In this document: one piece after another, positions 1-10,390 of the stretch | Layout: each line of letters opens with the position of its first letter | Numbering within the stretch: position 1 is the stretch's first letter | From: Bacteroidales bacterium | GTDB taxonomy: Bacteria > Bacteroidota > Bacteroidia > Bacteroidales > VadinHA17 | DNA length: 64,000 nucleotides | Assembly (NCBI GenBank): GCA_035527935.1 | Contig: DATKZO010000022.1 | Coordinates: 76,666 to 140,665 of the forward strand | Direction: 5' to 3' | Made by a program: the position numbers and the translations under genes | Notes under the pieces: model-generated | Seen by the model: only the letters and a program-made list of their open reading frames with translations | The model's database searches: none | Told to the model about the DNA's origin: nothing

Positions 1-255
1 CGATTGCACATTTTTTCCGTAGAATGGAGCTTCCACTGCCATCTCGTCCGGATTATACTCATCTATTAATCCCAGCGTGCGGTCAAATATATGCTTTAGT
101 TTAAGGTAGTGATCCCCTAGTTTCCTGAGCTCGATTATCCCGAGAGTTATCAATTCCGGTTCCCTGTTTTTTATACCGATAACCCCATATCCGGCGATAT
201 TGGTCCCCGGGTCTATTCCCAGTATTGTCTTTTCATATTCGCTCCTGTTCTTCAT
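1..255 (-). CDS. ruvC: crossover junction endodeoxyribonuclease RuvC, N-terminal 85 codons (gene runs off the window start)
   Basis: Manual translation of the minus strand from ATG at 255: MKNRSEYEKTILGIDPGTNIAGYGVIG...DEMAVEAPFYGKNVQS. ILGIDPG and EAPFyGKNVQS are typical RuvC motifs. Confidence 0.85.
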   Translation of the reverse strand, partial: MKNRSEYEKTILGIDPGTNIAGYGVIGIKNREPELITLGIIELRKLGDHYLKLKHIFDRTLGLIDEYNPDEMAVEAPFYGKNVQS

Positions 256-319
256 CGGAGGGATTGTTCAATCTCAACCACTTGAGAACAAATATAACCA
301 AATGATCTTCACCCTGAAC

Positions 320-1210
320 TTAGCTTACATATCTTTTCTTGCCGGAATTCATATAAATAATTCCACCGATAATGAATAGCAGACCTGATGGAGTTGTCAG
401 GTATATGTGTTCATTGAGGAATATACTTATAAATAGCAATGAGAGAAAGGGAGCAAGGAAAACCAGATTTGAGATCTTATCGGATGCAGATGCGAGCCTG
501 AGGGCTTTTAACCAGAGATAAAAGGTAAACCCCATTTCAAATATCCCAACATAGATACCGGCAACCGCTCCTTTCAGGCTTATCGCAGAAAAACCACCAC
601 TGAAAGCAATATATATTGTCAGGATAATAGTTGCTATCAGGAAATTGAAAAATAGCTTAACGCTTTCCGGTCGTTTGTCCTTAAGGTTATAAATGAAATA
701 AAGCGCCCAGAAGATCGAACTTCCTGCCGCAAGCAAGATACCAAGAAGGTCGGACGCGCCGGGTCTGAGAGGATTGCCCTGTGAGGAAATCAGATATACA
801 CCGATAAAGGATATGAACAATGCGACAAAACTCCTGGCCGGGATCTTCTGGTTGAGGAGAGGGACCGACAGGAACACCAGGACGATAGGCCATATCATGT
901 TAAGGGGTTGTGCAACCTGTGCAGGCAGGAGTGTATATGCTTTCAGCAGAACAAGATAGTAGATAAGCGGATTGAGAAAAGCCAGTCCGGTGGACCTGAA
1001 GATCGAGGTAGTGTCAATCTTGAGCAATTCTTTTAAATTGCCTTCTAAAATACTGATTATCAGCAGCACAAACACAGACGTGGCAGAAGATATGAAAAGC
1101 AATTGTACTACACTCAGCTGAGCAAGTGCAAGTTTGAATGCAGTGGCAATTGTAGACCAGAAAAAAACTGCCAGTCCGGCATATAGATAGGATCTGCCTT
1201 CTTCCGTCAT
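320..1210 (-). CDS. EamA/DMT-family permease
   Basis: 296-aa ORF with about ten hydrophobic segments and a two-halves EamA-like organisation. Confidence 0.75.
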   Translation of the reverse strand: MTEEGRSYLYAGLAVFFWSTIATAFKLALAQLSVVQLLFISSATSVFVLLIISILEGNLKELLKIDTTSIFRSTGLAFLNPLIYYLVLLKAYTLLPAQVAQPLNMIWPIVLVFLSVPLLNQKIPARSFVALFISFIGVYLISSQGNPLRPGASDLLGILLAAGSSIFWALYFIYNLKDKRPESVKLFFNFLIATIILTIYIAFSGGFSAISLKGAVAGIYVGIFEMGFTFYLWLKALRLASASDKISNLVFLAPFLSLLFISIFLNEHIYLTTPSGLLFIIGGIIYMNSGKKRYVS

Positions 1211-1233
1211 GATTTAACGGTTATCTGAGATGG

Positions 1234-2508
1234 TTACCTGATAATTTCAAAGCCTGTGTAGGGGACTAATACTTCAGGGACCTTGATCCCGTCACGATTC
1301 TGGTTATTCTCCAGGATAGCTGCCACTATCCTTGGGAGTGCCAGTGCACTGCCATTAAGTGTATGTGCCAGCTTGTTCTGCTTATCGCCCTTTTCCCTGT
1401 ACCGGCATTTGAGCCTGTTCGACTGGAATGCTTCAAAGTTTGAGACGGAACTTACTTCGAGCCACCTTTTTTGGGCAGCTGAAAAAACTTCAAAATCAAA
1501 TGTAAGTGATGATGTAAAGGAAATATCCCCACCACAAAGCCTCATCACCCTGTAGGGCAGGTTAAGCTTCTTTACCAGACCTTCCACGTGATCAAGCATC
1601 ATGTCCAGAGCTTCATATGACCTGTCGGGATGAGCTATTACTACAATCTCTACCTTATCGAACTGATGAAGCCTGTTAAGTCCCCTGACATGCGAACCCC
1701 ATGATCCGGCCTCCCGCCTGAAGCATGGCGTGTAGGCTACATTCCTGACAGGCAACATCTCCGCAGGCAATATTACATCCCTGTATATATTGGTTACAGG
1801 GACTTCGGCTGTAGGGATGAGGTAGAAATTGTCTGTTTGTATATGATACATCTGGCCTTCCTTATCAGGAAGCTGACCGGTTCCGAAACCTGAATCCTCA
1901 TTTACAATGATGGGGGGAAGCAGCTCTTTGAATCCAGCCTTCTCTCCCTCATCCAGGAAGAAACTGATTAGTGCCCTCTGCAGCTTTGCTCCTTTTCCCT
2001 TGTATACAGGGAAGCCTGCACCTGTAATTTTTGTTCCCAGTTCAAAGTCGATAATATCATATTTTTTGGCCAGTTCCCAGTGAGGAAGAGGTTCTCCATC
2101 AAGAATAGGCATAACTCCCCCTTCCCTTACTTTTACATTATCTTCCCCGCCTTTACCGGAAGTAACCGATTCGTGAGGGATGTTTGGTATTTGAACCAGC
2201 TCTTCATTAAGCTTCTCTTCAATTTCGGCAAAATTGGATGTGAAATCCCTTATGTCATTCTTAATTGCGATGGTTTTTTGCATTACCGCTTCCGCATCCC
2301 TGTTTTTTCCTTCGCTTTTCAGTCTACCGATCTCTTTTGAAATATTCTTAAGTTCAAACTGCAGTTTATCAGAGGCAACCTGGATCTCTCTTCTTTTGCT
2401 GTCGAGATCCAGAATCCTGTCAATGATCTCCCCGGCGTCAAAATTCTTTATTTTAAGCCGTTCGATAACCTGGTCTCTGTTTTCGCGGATTACATTCAGG
2501 GTAAGCAT
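1234..2508 (-). CDS. serS: serine--tRNA ligase
   Basis: N-terminal coiled coil MLTLNVIRENRDQVIERLKIKNF plus a class II aaRS core. Start moved to the internal ATG at 2508 because the longer ORF would translate through the terminator hairpin at 2540-2557. Confidence 0.95.
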   Translation of the reverse strand: MLTLNVIRENRDQVIERLKIKNFDAGEIIDRILDLDSKRREIQVASDKLQFELKNISKEIGRLKSEGKNRDAEAVMQKTIAIKNDIRDFTSNFAEIEEKLNEELVQIPNIPHESVTSGKGGEDNVKVREGGVMPILDGEPLPHWELAKKYDIIDFELGTKITGAGFPVYKGKGAKLQRALISFFLDEGEKAGFKELLPPIIVNEDSGFGTGQLPDKEGQMYHIQTDNFYLIPTAEVPVTNIYRDVILPAEMLPVRNVAYTPCFRREAGSWGSHVRGLNRLHQFDKVEIVVIAHPDRSYEALDMMLDHVEGLVKKLNLPYRVMRLCGGDISFTSSLTFDFEVFSAAQKRWLEVSSVSNFEAFQSNRLKCRYREKGDKQNKLAHTLNGSALALPRIVAAILENNQNRDGIKVPEVLVPYTGFEIIR

Positions 2509-2532
2509 AATGAAGGAGATTTTCGGTTTGCA

Positions 2533-2557
2533 TAAAAAAACAGGCACTGATGCCTGT
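2533..2557 (-). terminator. intrinsic terminator downstream of rpmA
   Basis: Minus strand: ACAGGCA-tcag-TGCCTGT (7-bp stem) followed by a run of 8 T. A perfect palindrome TATCCCGATCGGGATA lies at 2589-2604. Confidence 0.6.
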
Positions 2558-2633
2558 CGCAAAAATAAATAAAAAAACTGTAGGAATTTATCCCGATCGG
2601 GATAGATTTCCAGTTATCAAAGTATCATTTATC

Positions 2634-2894
2634 CTATTCAGATACCGGCTTCACCGATACATAGGACCTGTTGTCTCTTTTCTTTTGAAAAAGAACTTCT
2701 CCATCGACCAGGGCAAAAAGTGTATGGTCTTTACCTATACCTACATTTTCACCAGGGTAGTGCCTGGTACCTCTCTGACGTACGAGAATATTACCGGCTT
2801 TTGCAGCTTGCCCACCGTAAAGCTTAATGCCTAATCGTTTGCTTTCCGAATCGCGCCCGTTACGTGAACTCCCTGCTCCTTTCTTGTGTGCCAT
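2634..2894 (-). CDS. rpmA: 50S ribosomal protein L27
   Basis: [29 protein letters not shown] is the canonical L27 N-terminus. Confidence 0.97.
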   Translation of the reverse strand: MAHKKGAGSSRNGRDSESKRLGIKLYGGQAAKAGNILVRQRGTRHYPGENVGIGKDHTLFALVDGEVLFQKKRDNRSYVSVKPVSE

Positions 2895-2929
2895 TGTATG
2901 TAATTTTTATGTTTTAAGAGTATTAATAT

Positions 2930-3688
2930 CTATCCGGCCTTTTTCCCTTTATCACCTGATTTTGGTTTTGCCCTGGGCTTTGCTGCTGCTTTTGTGGTTT
3001 TAGCAATGGTCACTCCTGCAGCACTTTTAGCGGAACCTGAGGCTTTAGCGGGTTTAGCAGCTGTAGTTGATTTTGCAGCAGGCTTACTGGACGTTGATTT
3101 CTTACTTGCGGAGGTTTTTGAAGCAGATTTTTTGGCTGCTGTAGTTTTTGCTACAGGCTTTTTGGCAGCAGGCTTTTTAAATGTTGCTTCCCTGGCTGCT
3201 GCAGGTTCAGCTTCAGGTTTCATTGAAGAAGGAGCTTCAGCCTCAGCTTTTGCTGCTTTCTTAACCGCATCTTTTGCCTCGGCTGCCGGCGAAGGTTTCT
3301 TTACAGGTTCATCTGCTTTTGGCTTTTCGGCCCTGGGCTTTTCAGCAGGCTTCACTGCACTCTTTTTGGGAGCACCTTTTTCATTGATCGAAACAATTTC
3401 AATATGACTCATGAACTGCCGATGCCCGTTCTTTACCCTGTAACCTTTTCTTCTTTTTTTCTTAAAAACTATCACCTTATCGCCTTTAAGATGAGACAGA
3501 ACCTTCCCTTCAATAAAAGCACCCTCAATAACAGGCTCACCGATCAGGATCTTACCCCCGTTATCAATCAGAAGTATCTTGTCGAAATTTACACTTTGAC
3601 CCTCTCCTTCCTCCAGGCGGTGAACATAGATCTTTTGTCCTTTCTCAACCCTGAACTGCTGTCCGGCAATGTCAACAATTGCATACAT
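2930..3688 (-). CDS. rplU: 50S ribosomal protein L21 with a long Ala/Lys/Pro-rich C-terminal extension
   Basis: The first ~105 aa (MYAIVDIAGQQFRVEKGQKIYV...GHRQFMSHIEIVSI) form an L21 core, followed by ~147 aa of low-complexity A/K/P/S tail. Sits immediately upstream of rpmA. Confidence 0.9.
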   Translation of the reverse strand: MYAIVDIAGQQFRVEKGQKIYVHRLEEGEGQSVNFDKILLIDNGGKILIGEPVIEGAFIEGKVLSHLKGDKVIVFKKKRRKGYRVKNGHRQFMSHIEIVSINEKGAPKKSAVKPAEKPRAEKPKADEPVKKPSPAAEAKDAVKKAAKAEAEAPSSMKPEAEPAAAREATFKKPAAKKPVAKTTAAKKSASKTSASKKSTSSKPAAKSTTAAKPAKASGSAKSAAGVTIAKTTKAAAKPRAKPKSGDKGKKAG

Positions 3689-3771
3689 TAATTTATTCTT
3701 TTAAATTTTCTCCGCGAGGCGGGCATAAACCACTTTTAACTGCCCCTTCAGATTTCTCAAAAATCGGACTG

Positions 3772-3779
3772 CAAAGATA
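3772..3779 (-). promoter_or_regulatory. candidate Bacteroidota -7 promoter box for rplU-rpmA
   Basis: Minus strand TATCTTTG matches TAnnTTTG, 84 nt upstream of the rplU ATG. Confidence 0.4.
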
Positions 3780-3836
3780 TAAAAAATAGGCTAAATACAA
3801 ATCTATTGATATATTTTTTGTGCTGAATAATATAAC

Positions 3837-3844
3837 TATATTTG
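3837..3844 (+). promoter_or_regulatory. candidate -7 promoter box for the bifunctional nuclease gene
   Basis: TATATTTG matches TAnnTTTG, 38 nt upstream of the ATG at 3882. A TTTG lies upstream at 3817-3820. Confidence 0.45.
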
Positions 3845-3881
3845 TGATTTAGCTTAACAGTTTTGCGACCGGATTTCCATT

Positions 3882-4481
3882 ATGAGGAAGATAAAACTTA
3901 GCGTTCTGGGAATATCTTACAGTCAGACACAATCGGGCGCTTACGCACTTGTATTGGCCGAAGAGGAGGGAGAGAGAAGGTTACCGATAATAATCGGCGG
4001 ATTTGAAGCCCAGGCTATTGTGATCAAGCTGGAAAATCTGAATCCTCCAAGGCCACTTACCCATGATTTACTCAAGAATTTTGCCGATCTTTTTGATATC
4101 GGACTGAAAGAGGTCTATATTCACAGGCTCGAAGAGGGTGTGTTTTTCTCGCAACTCATATGTGAGCATAATGGAGAAGAGGTAATAATCGACTCAAGGA
4201 CATCGGACGCAGTGGCGCTTGCGCTACGGTTTGAATGTCCCATATTCATTTCTGAAGAGATTATGGATAAGGCGGGAATTGTTATCAGTGACGGTGAATA
4301 CGATGATGCGGTGAAGCCTGCAGCAGAATCTGAAGAGGAGAGACCCAAATCAACTGTCGACTATTCCGAATACAGTATAAAGGAGCTGAATAAAATGCTC
4401 GATGGCGCAATACAAACCGAGGATTATGAAAAAGCTGCAGCTATCCGTGATGAAATAGATAAACGGAAGCCGTCCGATTAA
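3882..4481 (+). CDS. bifunctional nuclease (DUF151/BFN) family protein with C-terminal UVR motif
   Basis: RLPIIIGGFEAQAI...PRPLTHDLL is the BFN core. C-terminal ELNKMLDGAIQTEDYEKAAAIRDEI is UvrB/C-like. Confidence 0.8.
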   Translation: MRKIKLSVLGISYSQTQSGAYALVLAEEEGERRLPIIIGGFEAQAIVIKLENLNPPRPLTHDLLKNFADLFDIGLKEVYIHRLEEGVFFSQLICEHNGEEVIIDSRTSDAVALALRFECPIFISEEIMDKAGIVISDGEYDDAVKPAAESEEERPKSTVDYSEYSIKELNKMLDGAIQTEDYEKAAAIRDEIDKRKPSD

Positions 4482-4501
4482 AAGAAACCCCTTTCCTTGT
4501 T

Positions 4502-5995
4502 ATGAAAAGTGCATTAATAGTCATGATGATGTTAATCCCGGTCTCGGCAGGTGCATCAAACCTCAATCCGGATACTGCAAATATTCAAGGTACAACCGAA
4601 GTTGCTGTTAATCAAACTGATACTATTACCGAAAATCTTGATCAGGCCTCTGAAGGGCTTCTGCAGGGAGGTAATGTAATTGATCCGCAGATGAGTGGAG
4701 GGTTTAGCCTTACAAGCCTGTCGCGCGGGATGCTTGGCATGCTGGTAATTATTTGTATAGCCTGGATATTCAGTTCCAATCGCAGGGCAATTGCATGGCG
4801 AACGGTATTAATAGGATTATCAATTCAGCTTGTTCTTGCAGTCGGAATCTTATATGTACCTTTTATCCGGTTTCTCTTTGAATTTGTCGGGAAAATATTT
4901 GTCAAGATACTTGATTTTACAAAGGAGGGGAGTACATTTCTTTTTGGCCCGCTAATGGATACAGATAAGGTAGGATCTATATTTGCTTTCCAGATATTGC
5001 CAACCATAATCTTCTTCAGTGCCCTCACCTCACTGCTGTTCTACCTGGGGATAATCCAGAGAATAGTGTATGGGCTGGCATGGTTAATGACCAAAACGAT
5101 GAAGCTTAGTGGGGCAGAGAGCCTTTCGGTAGCAGGCAATATTTTTCTTGGACAAACAGAATCACCACTCATGATCAAAGCATATCTGCCAAAGATGAAT
5201 CCTTCGGAGATCATGCTGGTTATGACAGGTGGAATGGCAACCCTGGCCGGGGGTGTACTGGCAGCCTATATTGGTTTTCTGGGCGGGGGTGATCCGGTGC
5301 AGAGACTAATCTTTACAAAACATCTGCTTGCTGCGTCTGTAATGGCTGCCCCCGGGGCAGTCATCGTATCAAAAATAATTGTTCCTCAAACGGACAGGAT
5401 CGACAAAGAGATAGAGATAACACGCGACAAGGTCGGTAATAACCTCCTTGATGCCATCTCCAACGGTACGACCGAGGGACTGAAGCTGGCGGCCAATGTA
5501 GCTGCCATGCTGCTTTCATTTATCGCCTTTATTGCCTTATTCAATTATATATGCCTGAAGATAGGACAATGGACCAATCTGAACGACCTCATCTCACGGG
5601 CTACAGAGGGTAGCTATAATGAATTATCCTTACAGTTTATTCTTGGCTATATCTTTGCTCCCGTTATGTGGCTGATTGGTGTTGCAGGTGATGATGTGAC
5701 CCTTGTTGGACGGCTTCTTGGTGAAAAGGTTATTATGACAGAGTTTGTAGGTTATATCAGCCTTGCCGATCTTAAATCGACCGGAGCTTTTATGCATGAC
5801 AAATCGGTTATCATGGCTACCTATATGCTGGCAGGATTTGCCAATTTTGCATCGATTGGGATCCAGATCGGAGGGATCGGATCGCTGGCACCAAACCAGA
5901 GAGTGCTGCTGGCAAGATTCGGCATGAGGGCCCTCCTTGCAGGAACCCTTGCTTCGCTGCTCTCGGCAACCATCATAGGGATGATACTGGGGTAG
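4502..5995 (+). CDS. NupC/CNT-family concentrative nucleoside transporter
   Basis: GNIFLGQTESPL motif and multi-TM CNT organisation, with a ~70-aa N-terminal extension carrying a signal-like segment. Confidence 0.88.
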   Translation: MKSALIVMMMLIPVSAGASNLNPDTANIQGTTEVAVNQTDTITENLDQASEGLLQGGNVIDPQMSGGFSLTSLSRGMLGMLVIICIAWIFSSNRRAIAWRTVLIGLSIQLVLAVGILYVPFIRFLFEFVGKIFVKILDFTKEGSTFLFGPLMDTDKVGSIFAFQILPTIIFFSALTSLLFYLGIIQRIVYGLAWLMTKTMKLSGAESLSVAGNIFLGQTESPLMIKAYLPKMNPSEIMLVMTGGMATLAGGVLAAYIGFLGGGDPVQRLIFTKHLLAASVMAAPGAVIVSKIIVPQTDRIDKEIEITRDKVGNNLLDAISNGTTEGLKLAANVAAMLLSFIAFIALFNYICLKIGQWTNLNDLISRATEGSYNELSLQFILGYIFAPVMWLIGVAGDDVTLVGRLLGEKVIMTEFVGYISLADLKSTGAFMHDKSVIMATYMLAGFANFASIGIQIGGIGSLAPNQRVLLARFGMRALLAGTLASLLSATIIGMILG

Positions 5996-6028
5996 TGGAA
6001 TATTAAAATATTTAACAACAAAAATACC

Positions 6029-7975
6029 ATGAACAGATTAATCGTATTATTAACTGCAATCTTCCTTTTTAATATTACAGATGCTCAGGATTACACAGTT
6101 TTTTCTCCGGATGGCAGGATAACTCTTACTGTTAATACCGACGAGGGTGTTAAATGGTCAGTGAAGCTTGACGGGAAACAGATAATCCTTCCCTCATCAT
6201 TCGAAATGGAATTGCCGGGAGGCATAATCCCGGGTGATAATTTCAAGCTGCGCGATCATAAGATCAATATGATCGACAGGGTGATCAGGCCTGTAATACC
6301 CCATAAGGACTCAAGGATCACTGAAAGGTATAATGAGTTGACAATGATCTTCAGAAAAGATTTCGAACTCCATTTCAGAGCCTATAATGATGGTGTGGCA
6401 TACAGGATAAGAACCACCATGAAGGACAATATGCTGGTGTTAAAAGAGAAATCGGTAATCAACTTCGCCGGGAACAGTACCGGTTGGTACCCGCTTGAAA
6501 CATCATTCATGTCGCATAATGAGCGCACCTACATACCCTTCTCAATGGATACTATTGGTGAGCAGCATCTGGCCAGTCTTCCAACCCTGGTAAGAAGCAA
6601 TGGTGTAAATGTACTTATTACCGAAACTGCCCTTGAGAACTATCCGGGCATGTGGCTGAGGGGAGCAGGAAACAATTCGCTGATATCGGTATTTCCCTAT
6701 TACCCGGAGGAGGAGAAATTGATGAGAGACAGGGACCTCAGGGTTGTATCCACTATGGACTTCATCGCCGAGACAAAGGGTGAGCGCAACTTCCCCTGGA
6801 GGGTTTTCCTGTTATCGGATAATGATGCCGGTCTGATCGAAAGTAATCTGACCTATTTGCTCTCAGACAGCTGCCGGATTGATAGCACAGACTGGATTAA
6901 ACCCGGCAAGGTAGCCTGGGATTGGTGGAATGCAAATAATATCCATGGCGTTGATTTTAGAGCTGGACTCAATAACGAAACCTATAAATACTATATTGAT
7001 TTTGCATCCGAAAATGGAATTGAATATGTGATCCTTGATGAGGGTTGGTACCAGTTGGGTGATCTTCTGGAGATCTCCCCGGGATTTGATATCAAGGAGT
7101 TGTGTGATTATGCTGCCGGGAAGGATGTGGGAATTATTCTCTGGGCGGTATGGATTACACTTGAAGACCTGCTTGAACCTGCACTTGCACAGTTTGAAGA
7201 GTGGGGAGTCAAAGGTATTAAGGTCGACTTTATGCAGAGAGACGATCAGCCTGTTGTTGAATATTATTATAAGATAGCCAGGAAAGCTGCAGAACATAAG
7301 CTGCTGGTCGACTTCCACGGTTCATACAAGCCGGCAGGATTAAGAAGAACCTACCCGAATGTAATTACCCGCGAAGGGGTCAAGGGTCTTGAACACAATA
7401 AATGGAGCAGGGATGTAACACCTGAACACGATGTAACGATACCTTTTATCAGGATGGTGGCTGGACCAATGGACTATACTCCCGGGGCTATGGTCAACCT
7501 TGAGAGGGGGAACTTTAATCCTATGTTTACGCGTCCGGCAAGCCAGGGGACACGTGTGCACCAGATGGCACTCTATATAGTCTTTGAGAGTCCGCTACAG
7601 ATGCTGGCCGATAATCCATCCAATTACAGGCGGGAGCAGGAGTGCACCGATTTTATTGTTAAAATACCTGTTACCTGGGACGAAACAAGGGTTATCGGGG
7701 CAGCTGTTGGCGACTATGTCATTATTGCCCGTCGAAAAGGGGATAGCTGGTATGTAGGGGTCTTGACCGACTGGAATCCAAGGGAGTTTGAGCTGAAACT
7801 GGATTTCCTTGATAGTGGTGAGTATAATGCCATTATCTTCGAGGATGGGATCAATGCTGACAGATATGCTGCTGATTACAGGAGACTTGAGAAAACCATT
7901 TCTGCTTCAGATGTGTTAAATATAAAGATGGCACCCGGTGGAGGATGGGCCGCAATTATCGAAAAACGAAAGTAA
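6029..7975 (+). CDS. glycoside hydrolase family 97 protein (alpha-glucosidase/alpha-galactosidase type)
   Basis: 648 aa with a signal peptide and GH97-like N-domain plus TIM barrel ([21 protein letters not shown]). Substrate specificity cannot be decided by eye. Confidence 0.85.
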   Translation: MNRLIVLLTAIFLFNITDAQDYTVFSPDGRITLTVNTDEGVKWSVKLDGKQIILPSSFEMELPGGIIPGDNFKLRDHKINMIDRVIRPVIPHKDSRITERYNELTMIFRKDFELHFRAYNDGVAYRIRTTMKDNMLVLKEKSVINFAGNSTGWYPLETSFMSHNERTYIPFSMDTIGEQHLASLPTLVRSNGVNVLITETALENYPGMWLRGAGNNSLISVFPYYPEEEKLMRDRDLRVVSTMDFIAETKGERNFPWRVFLLSDNDAGLIESNLTYLLSDSCRIDSTDWIKPGKVAWDWWNANNIHGVDFRAGLNNETYKYYIDFASENGIEYVILDEGWYQLGDLLEISPGFDIKELCDYAAGKDVGIILWAVWITLEDLLEPALAQFEEWGVKGIKVDFMQRDDQPVVEYYYKIARKAAEHKLLVDFHGSYKPAGLRRTYPNVITREGVKGLEHNKWSRDVTPEHDVTIPFIRMVAGPMDYTPGAMVNLERGNFNPMFTRPASQGTRVHQMALYIVFESPLQMLADNPSNYRREQECTDFIVKIPVTWDETRVIGAAVGDYVIIARRKGDSWYVGVLTDWNPREFELKLDFLDSGEYNAIIFEDGINADRYAADYRRLEKTISASDVLNIKMAPGGGWAAIIEKRK

Positions 7976-7977
7976 GT

Positions 7978-8772
7978 ATGAGGCAATACCGTGATCTGCT
8001 CGAACATGTGATATCAAAAGGAATTGAAAAGACTGATCGTACAGGTACGGGGACTATAAGTGTGTTTGGTTATCAGATGCGCTTTGATCTTTCGGAGGGA
8101 TTCCCGTTAATGACCACTAAGAAGCTTCATGTGAGATCGATAATATATGAACTACTTTGGTTTCTGAAGGGAGATACAAATGTAAAATATCTTCAGGATC
8201 ACGGAGTGCGGATATGGAACGAATGGGCAAGGGAGGATGGAGATCTGGGGCCAATATATGGTTGCCAGTGGAGATCCTGGCTGGCAGCCGGTGATCGCCA
8301 TTTTGACCAGATCTCAGCGGTCGTGGAATCTATACGGAACAACCCTGACTCACGTCGCCATCTCGTCAGTGCATGGAATGTAGGCGAAATTGACAATATG
8401 GCCCTGGCTCCGTGTCACATACTATTCCAGTTCTATGTGGCCGGCGGCAGATTGTCGTGCCAGCTTTACCAGAGGAGCGCCGATATCTTTCTTGGTGTAC
8501 CCTTTAATATAGCCTCATATTCACTCCTGCTTATGATGATGGCTCAGGTGACCGGGTATCGGCCTGGTGAATTTGTGCATACATTCGGGGATGCCCATAT
8601 TTATCTTAATCACATGGAGCAGGTTAAGGAACAGCTTGGCAGGGAACCTTATCGCTTGCCTGAAATGAAGATTAATCCCGAGCGTAAAAATATATTTGAC
8701 TTTTTATATGAGGATTTCACCCTTGATGGATATATTGCCCACCCTCATATCAGGGGAGAGATTGCTGTTTAA
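7978..8772 (+). CDS. thyA: thymidylate synthase
   Basis: [11 protein letters not shown]...DRTGTGT...LAPCH are conserved ThyA motifs. Start set at ATG 7978, 3 nt after the GH97 stop. Confidence 0.97.
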   Translation: MRQYRDLLEHVISKGIEKTDRTGTGTISVFGYQMRFDLSEGFPLMTTKKLHVRSIIYELLWFLKGDTNVKYLQDHGVRIWNEWAREDGDLGPIYGCQWRSWLAAGDRHFDQISAVVESIRNNPDSRRHLVSAWNVGEIDNMALAPCHILFQFYVAGGRLSCQLYQRSADIFLGVPFNIASYSLLLMMMAQVTGYRPGEFVHTFGDAHIYLNHMEQVKEQLGREPYRLPEMKINPERKNIFDFLYEDFTLDGYIAHPHIRGEIAV

Positions 8773-8782
8773 GAATAAGAGA

Positions 8783-9271
8783 ATGATATCAATTATTGCT
8801 GCTGTTGCTTCCAATAATGCCATAGGAAAGAATAATGACCTTCTCTGGCATATTCCTGATGATCTCAAACGGTTTAAGAGATTAACCTCCGGACATTGCC
8901 TCGTGATGGGCAGAAATACCTGGTTCTCGCTTCCGGTAAGACCACTGCCCGATCGTACACATATAGTGCTTACAGATGTTCCGGGAGAGTCGTTTGAAGG
9001 CTCTGTTTCAGTATCTTCAATTAGTGAAGCACTGTCAAAATGCCCCGAAGGGAAAGAGATTTTTGTGATAGGCGGTGGAATGATGTACAGACAATTCCTT
9101 GATATTGCCGACAGGTTATATATAACCCATGTCAGAAAAGATTTTGATGCTGATACCTTTTTCCCTGAGATCGATGAAACCATCTGGGAAGAAGTTGAAA
9201 GGGAAGATCGCGAAGCCGATCAGCACAATGATTTTTCATATTCCTACGTTACATACCTTAGAAGAGATTGA
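8783..9271 (+). CDS. folA: dihydrofolate reductase
   Basis: MISIIAAVASNNAIGKNNDLLWHIPDDLKRFKRLT...VMGRNTW is the DHFR signature. Follows thyA. Confidence 0.95.
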   Translation: MISIIAAVASNNAIGKNNDLLWHIPDDLKRFKRLTSGHCLVMGRNTWFSLPVRPLPDRTHIVLTDVPGESFEGSVSVSSISEALSKCPEGKEIFVIGGGMMYRQFLDIADRLYITHVRKDFDADTFFPEIDETIWEEVEREDREADQHNDFSYSYVTYLRRD

Positions 9272-9365
9272 ATATTTTTTCTCATTTTTTCGTTCAGGTG
9301 ATTAAACCCTGACAGGTTTTGATTATCTAACAGGTGTATATGAAGTTGAACAAAATTTAACAATT

Positions 9366-10223
9366 ATGAAGATTCTAAAGTTTTTATTCCTATTTACCGC
9401 GACTGCAATACTCATGATAGCATGCGAACAAAATAAATCACCTTTAAGTACAGATGACATAAATCTTGCTGATGATGACGCAGTTGCTGAGGCTATTTTC
9501 GATGATATTTTCAGTACGGCTGACAATGCCACCCAGCTTTTGGATGGATTCCTGAAAGGAGGAGATGTTAAAAGCGATATCATAGTACTGGCTGATTCGT
9601 GCCCGATGGTCACCGTGGATCTTTCCGATGAGCTGATCAAAGTAATAACAGTCGATTTCGGTGATGGTTGTACAGGACTCTGGGATCAGACCAGATCGGG
9701 AAAGATAATTATTACAGTTACCGGCCTGAGACGCCAGGTTGGTTCAACACGGACTGTAACATTCGATAATTACTATTTCAACGGTGTAAAGGTTGAAGGC
9801 ACATATGTTACAACCAATGAAGGAGAGAATAGTAATGATAATATTGTATTCAGTACAGAACTTACCGGCGGTAAGATCATACTTCCGAATGACATCACTA
9901 TTGAACGTGAGTTTTATCGTGAAAGGGAATGGATTGCCGGGTATGATACATGGAATATCTGGGACGATGAGTGTCTGGTGACAGGAGGTGCAACAGGAAC
10001 AACCTATAAGGGATACACATATGAGAATACCATAATATCTGCTCTTCACTGGAAGAGGGTTTGTAAGTTCTTCGTAAGTGGGGTTATACAGGTTAATCGT
10101 GAAGGGGTTGATCCGTTTGAGATTGATTACGGTGATGGCGGATGTGACGCAATCGCCGTACTCAGGAGAGGCGACGTTGAAAAGGAGATAATGCTCCGCT
10201 ACAGACACAGGATACTTAGATAA
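9366..10223 (+). CDS. hypothetical lipoprotein
   Basis: Lipobox (ILMIAC) after a signal peptide. 285 aa, Cys-containing, no family recognised. Confidence 0.6.
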   Translation: MKILKFLFLFTATAILMIACEQNKSPLSTDDINLADDDAVAEAIFDDIFSTADNATQLLDGFLKGGDVKSDIIVLADSCPMVTVDLSDELIKVITVDFGDGCTGLWDQTRSGKIIITVTGLRRQVGSTRTVTFDNYYFNGVKVEGTYVTTNEGENSNDNIVFSTELTGGKIILPNDITIEREFYREREWIAGYDTWNIWDDECLVTGGATGTTYKGYTYENTIISALHWKRVCKFFVSGVIQVNREGVDPFEIDYGDGGCDAIAVLRRGDVEKEIMLRYRHRILR

Positions 10224-10261
10224 AACATGTAATTCTGAGCGCAGCCCGAAGGGCGAAGCGA

Positions 10262-10296
10262 AGAATCCACATCCCCGGGGTGTGGATTCTTTTTTG
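10262..10296 (+). terminator. intrinsic terminator after the 9366-10223 gene
   Basis: AGAATCCACA / TGTGGATTCT 10-bp stem with a GC-rich apex, followed by TTTTT. Confidence 0.75.
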
Positions 10297-10370
10297 TCCG
10301 GTCCAGGTTGTGCTTTGTTCATACCCATGCCCCGTGCCTTCCACAGGCGTTACTGTGGCTATTGCTCTTA

Positions 10371-10390
10371 AACGCCTCCGGCGTTTTTTT
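10371..10390 (+). terminator. second plus-strand terminator-like hairpin
   Basis: AACGCC-tcc-GGCGTT followed by a T run. Confidence 0.5.

Noticed and set aside
2509-2562. Longer N-terminal extensions offered by the ORF track (serS 2562, thyA 7945, folA 8696, mreB 43368, gpsA 53656, acpH 49728)
   Set aside because: The extensions overlap upstream genes, terminators or promoter boxes and lack homology-like sequence. The internal ATGs give canonical N-termini.
2994-3407. 137-aa plus-strand ORF antisense to the L21 tail
   Set aside because: It is a mirror image of the GC-rich Ala/Lys-coding repeat. It has an extreme A/F/L/G low-complexity composition and no start context, while the L21 reading frame is clearly the real one.
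9744-10328. 194-aa minus-strand ORF overlapping the 9366-10223 lipoprotein gene and the terminator
   Set aside because: Its start would lie inside a strong terminator hairpin. It has no family resemblance, and the plus-strand gene has a proper lipoprotein signal.
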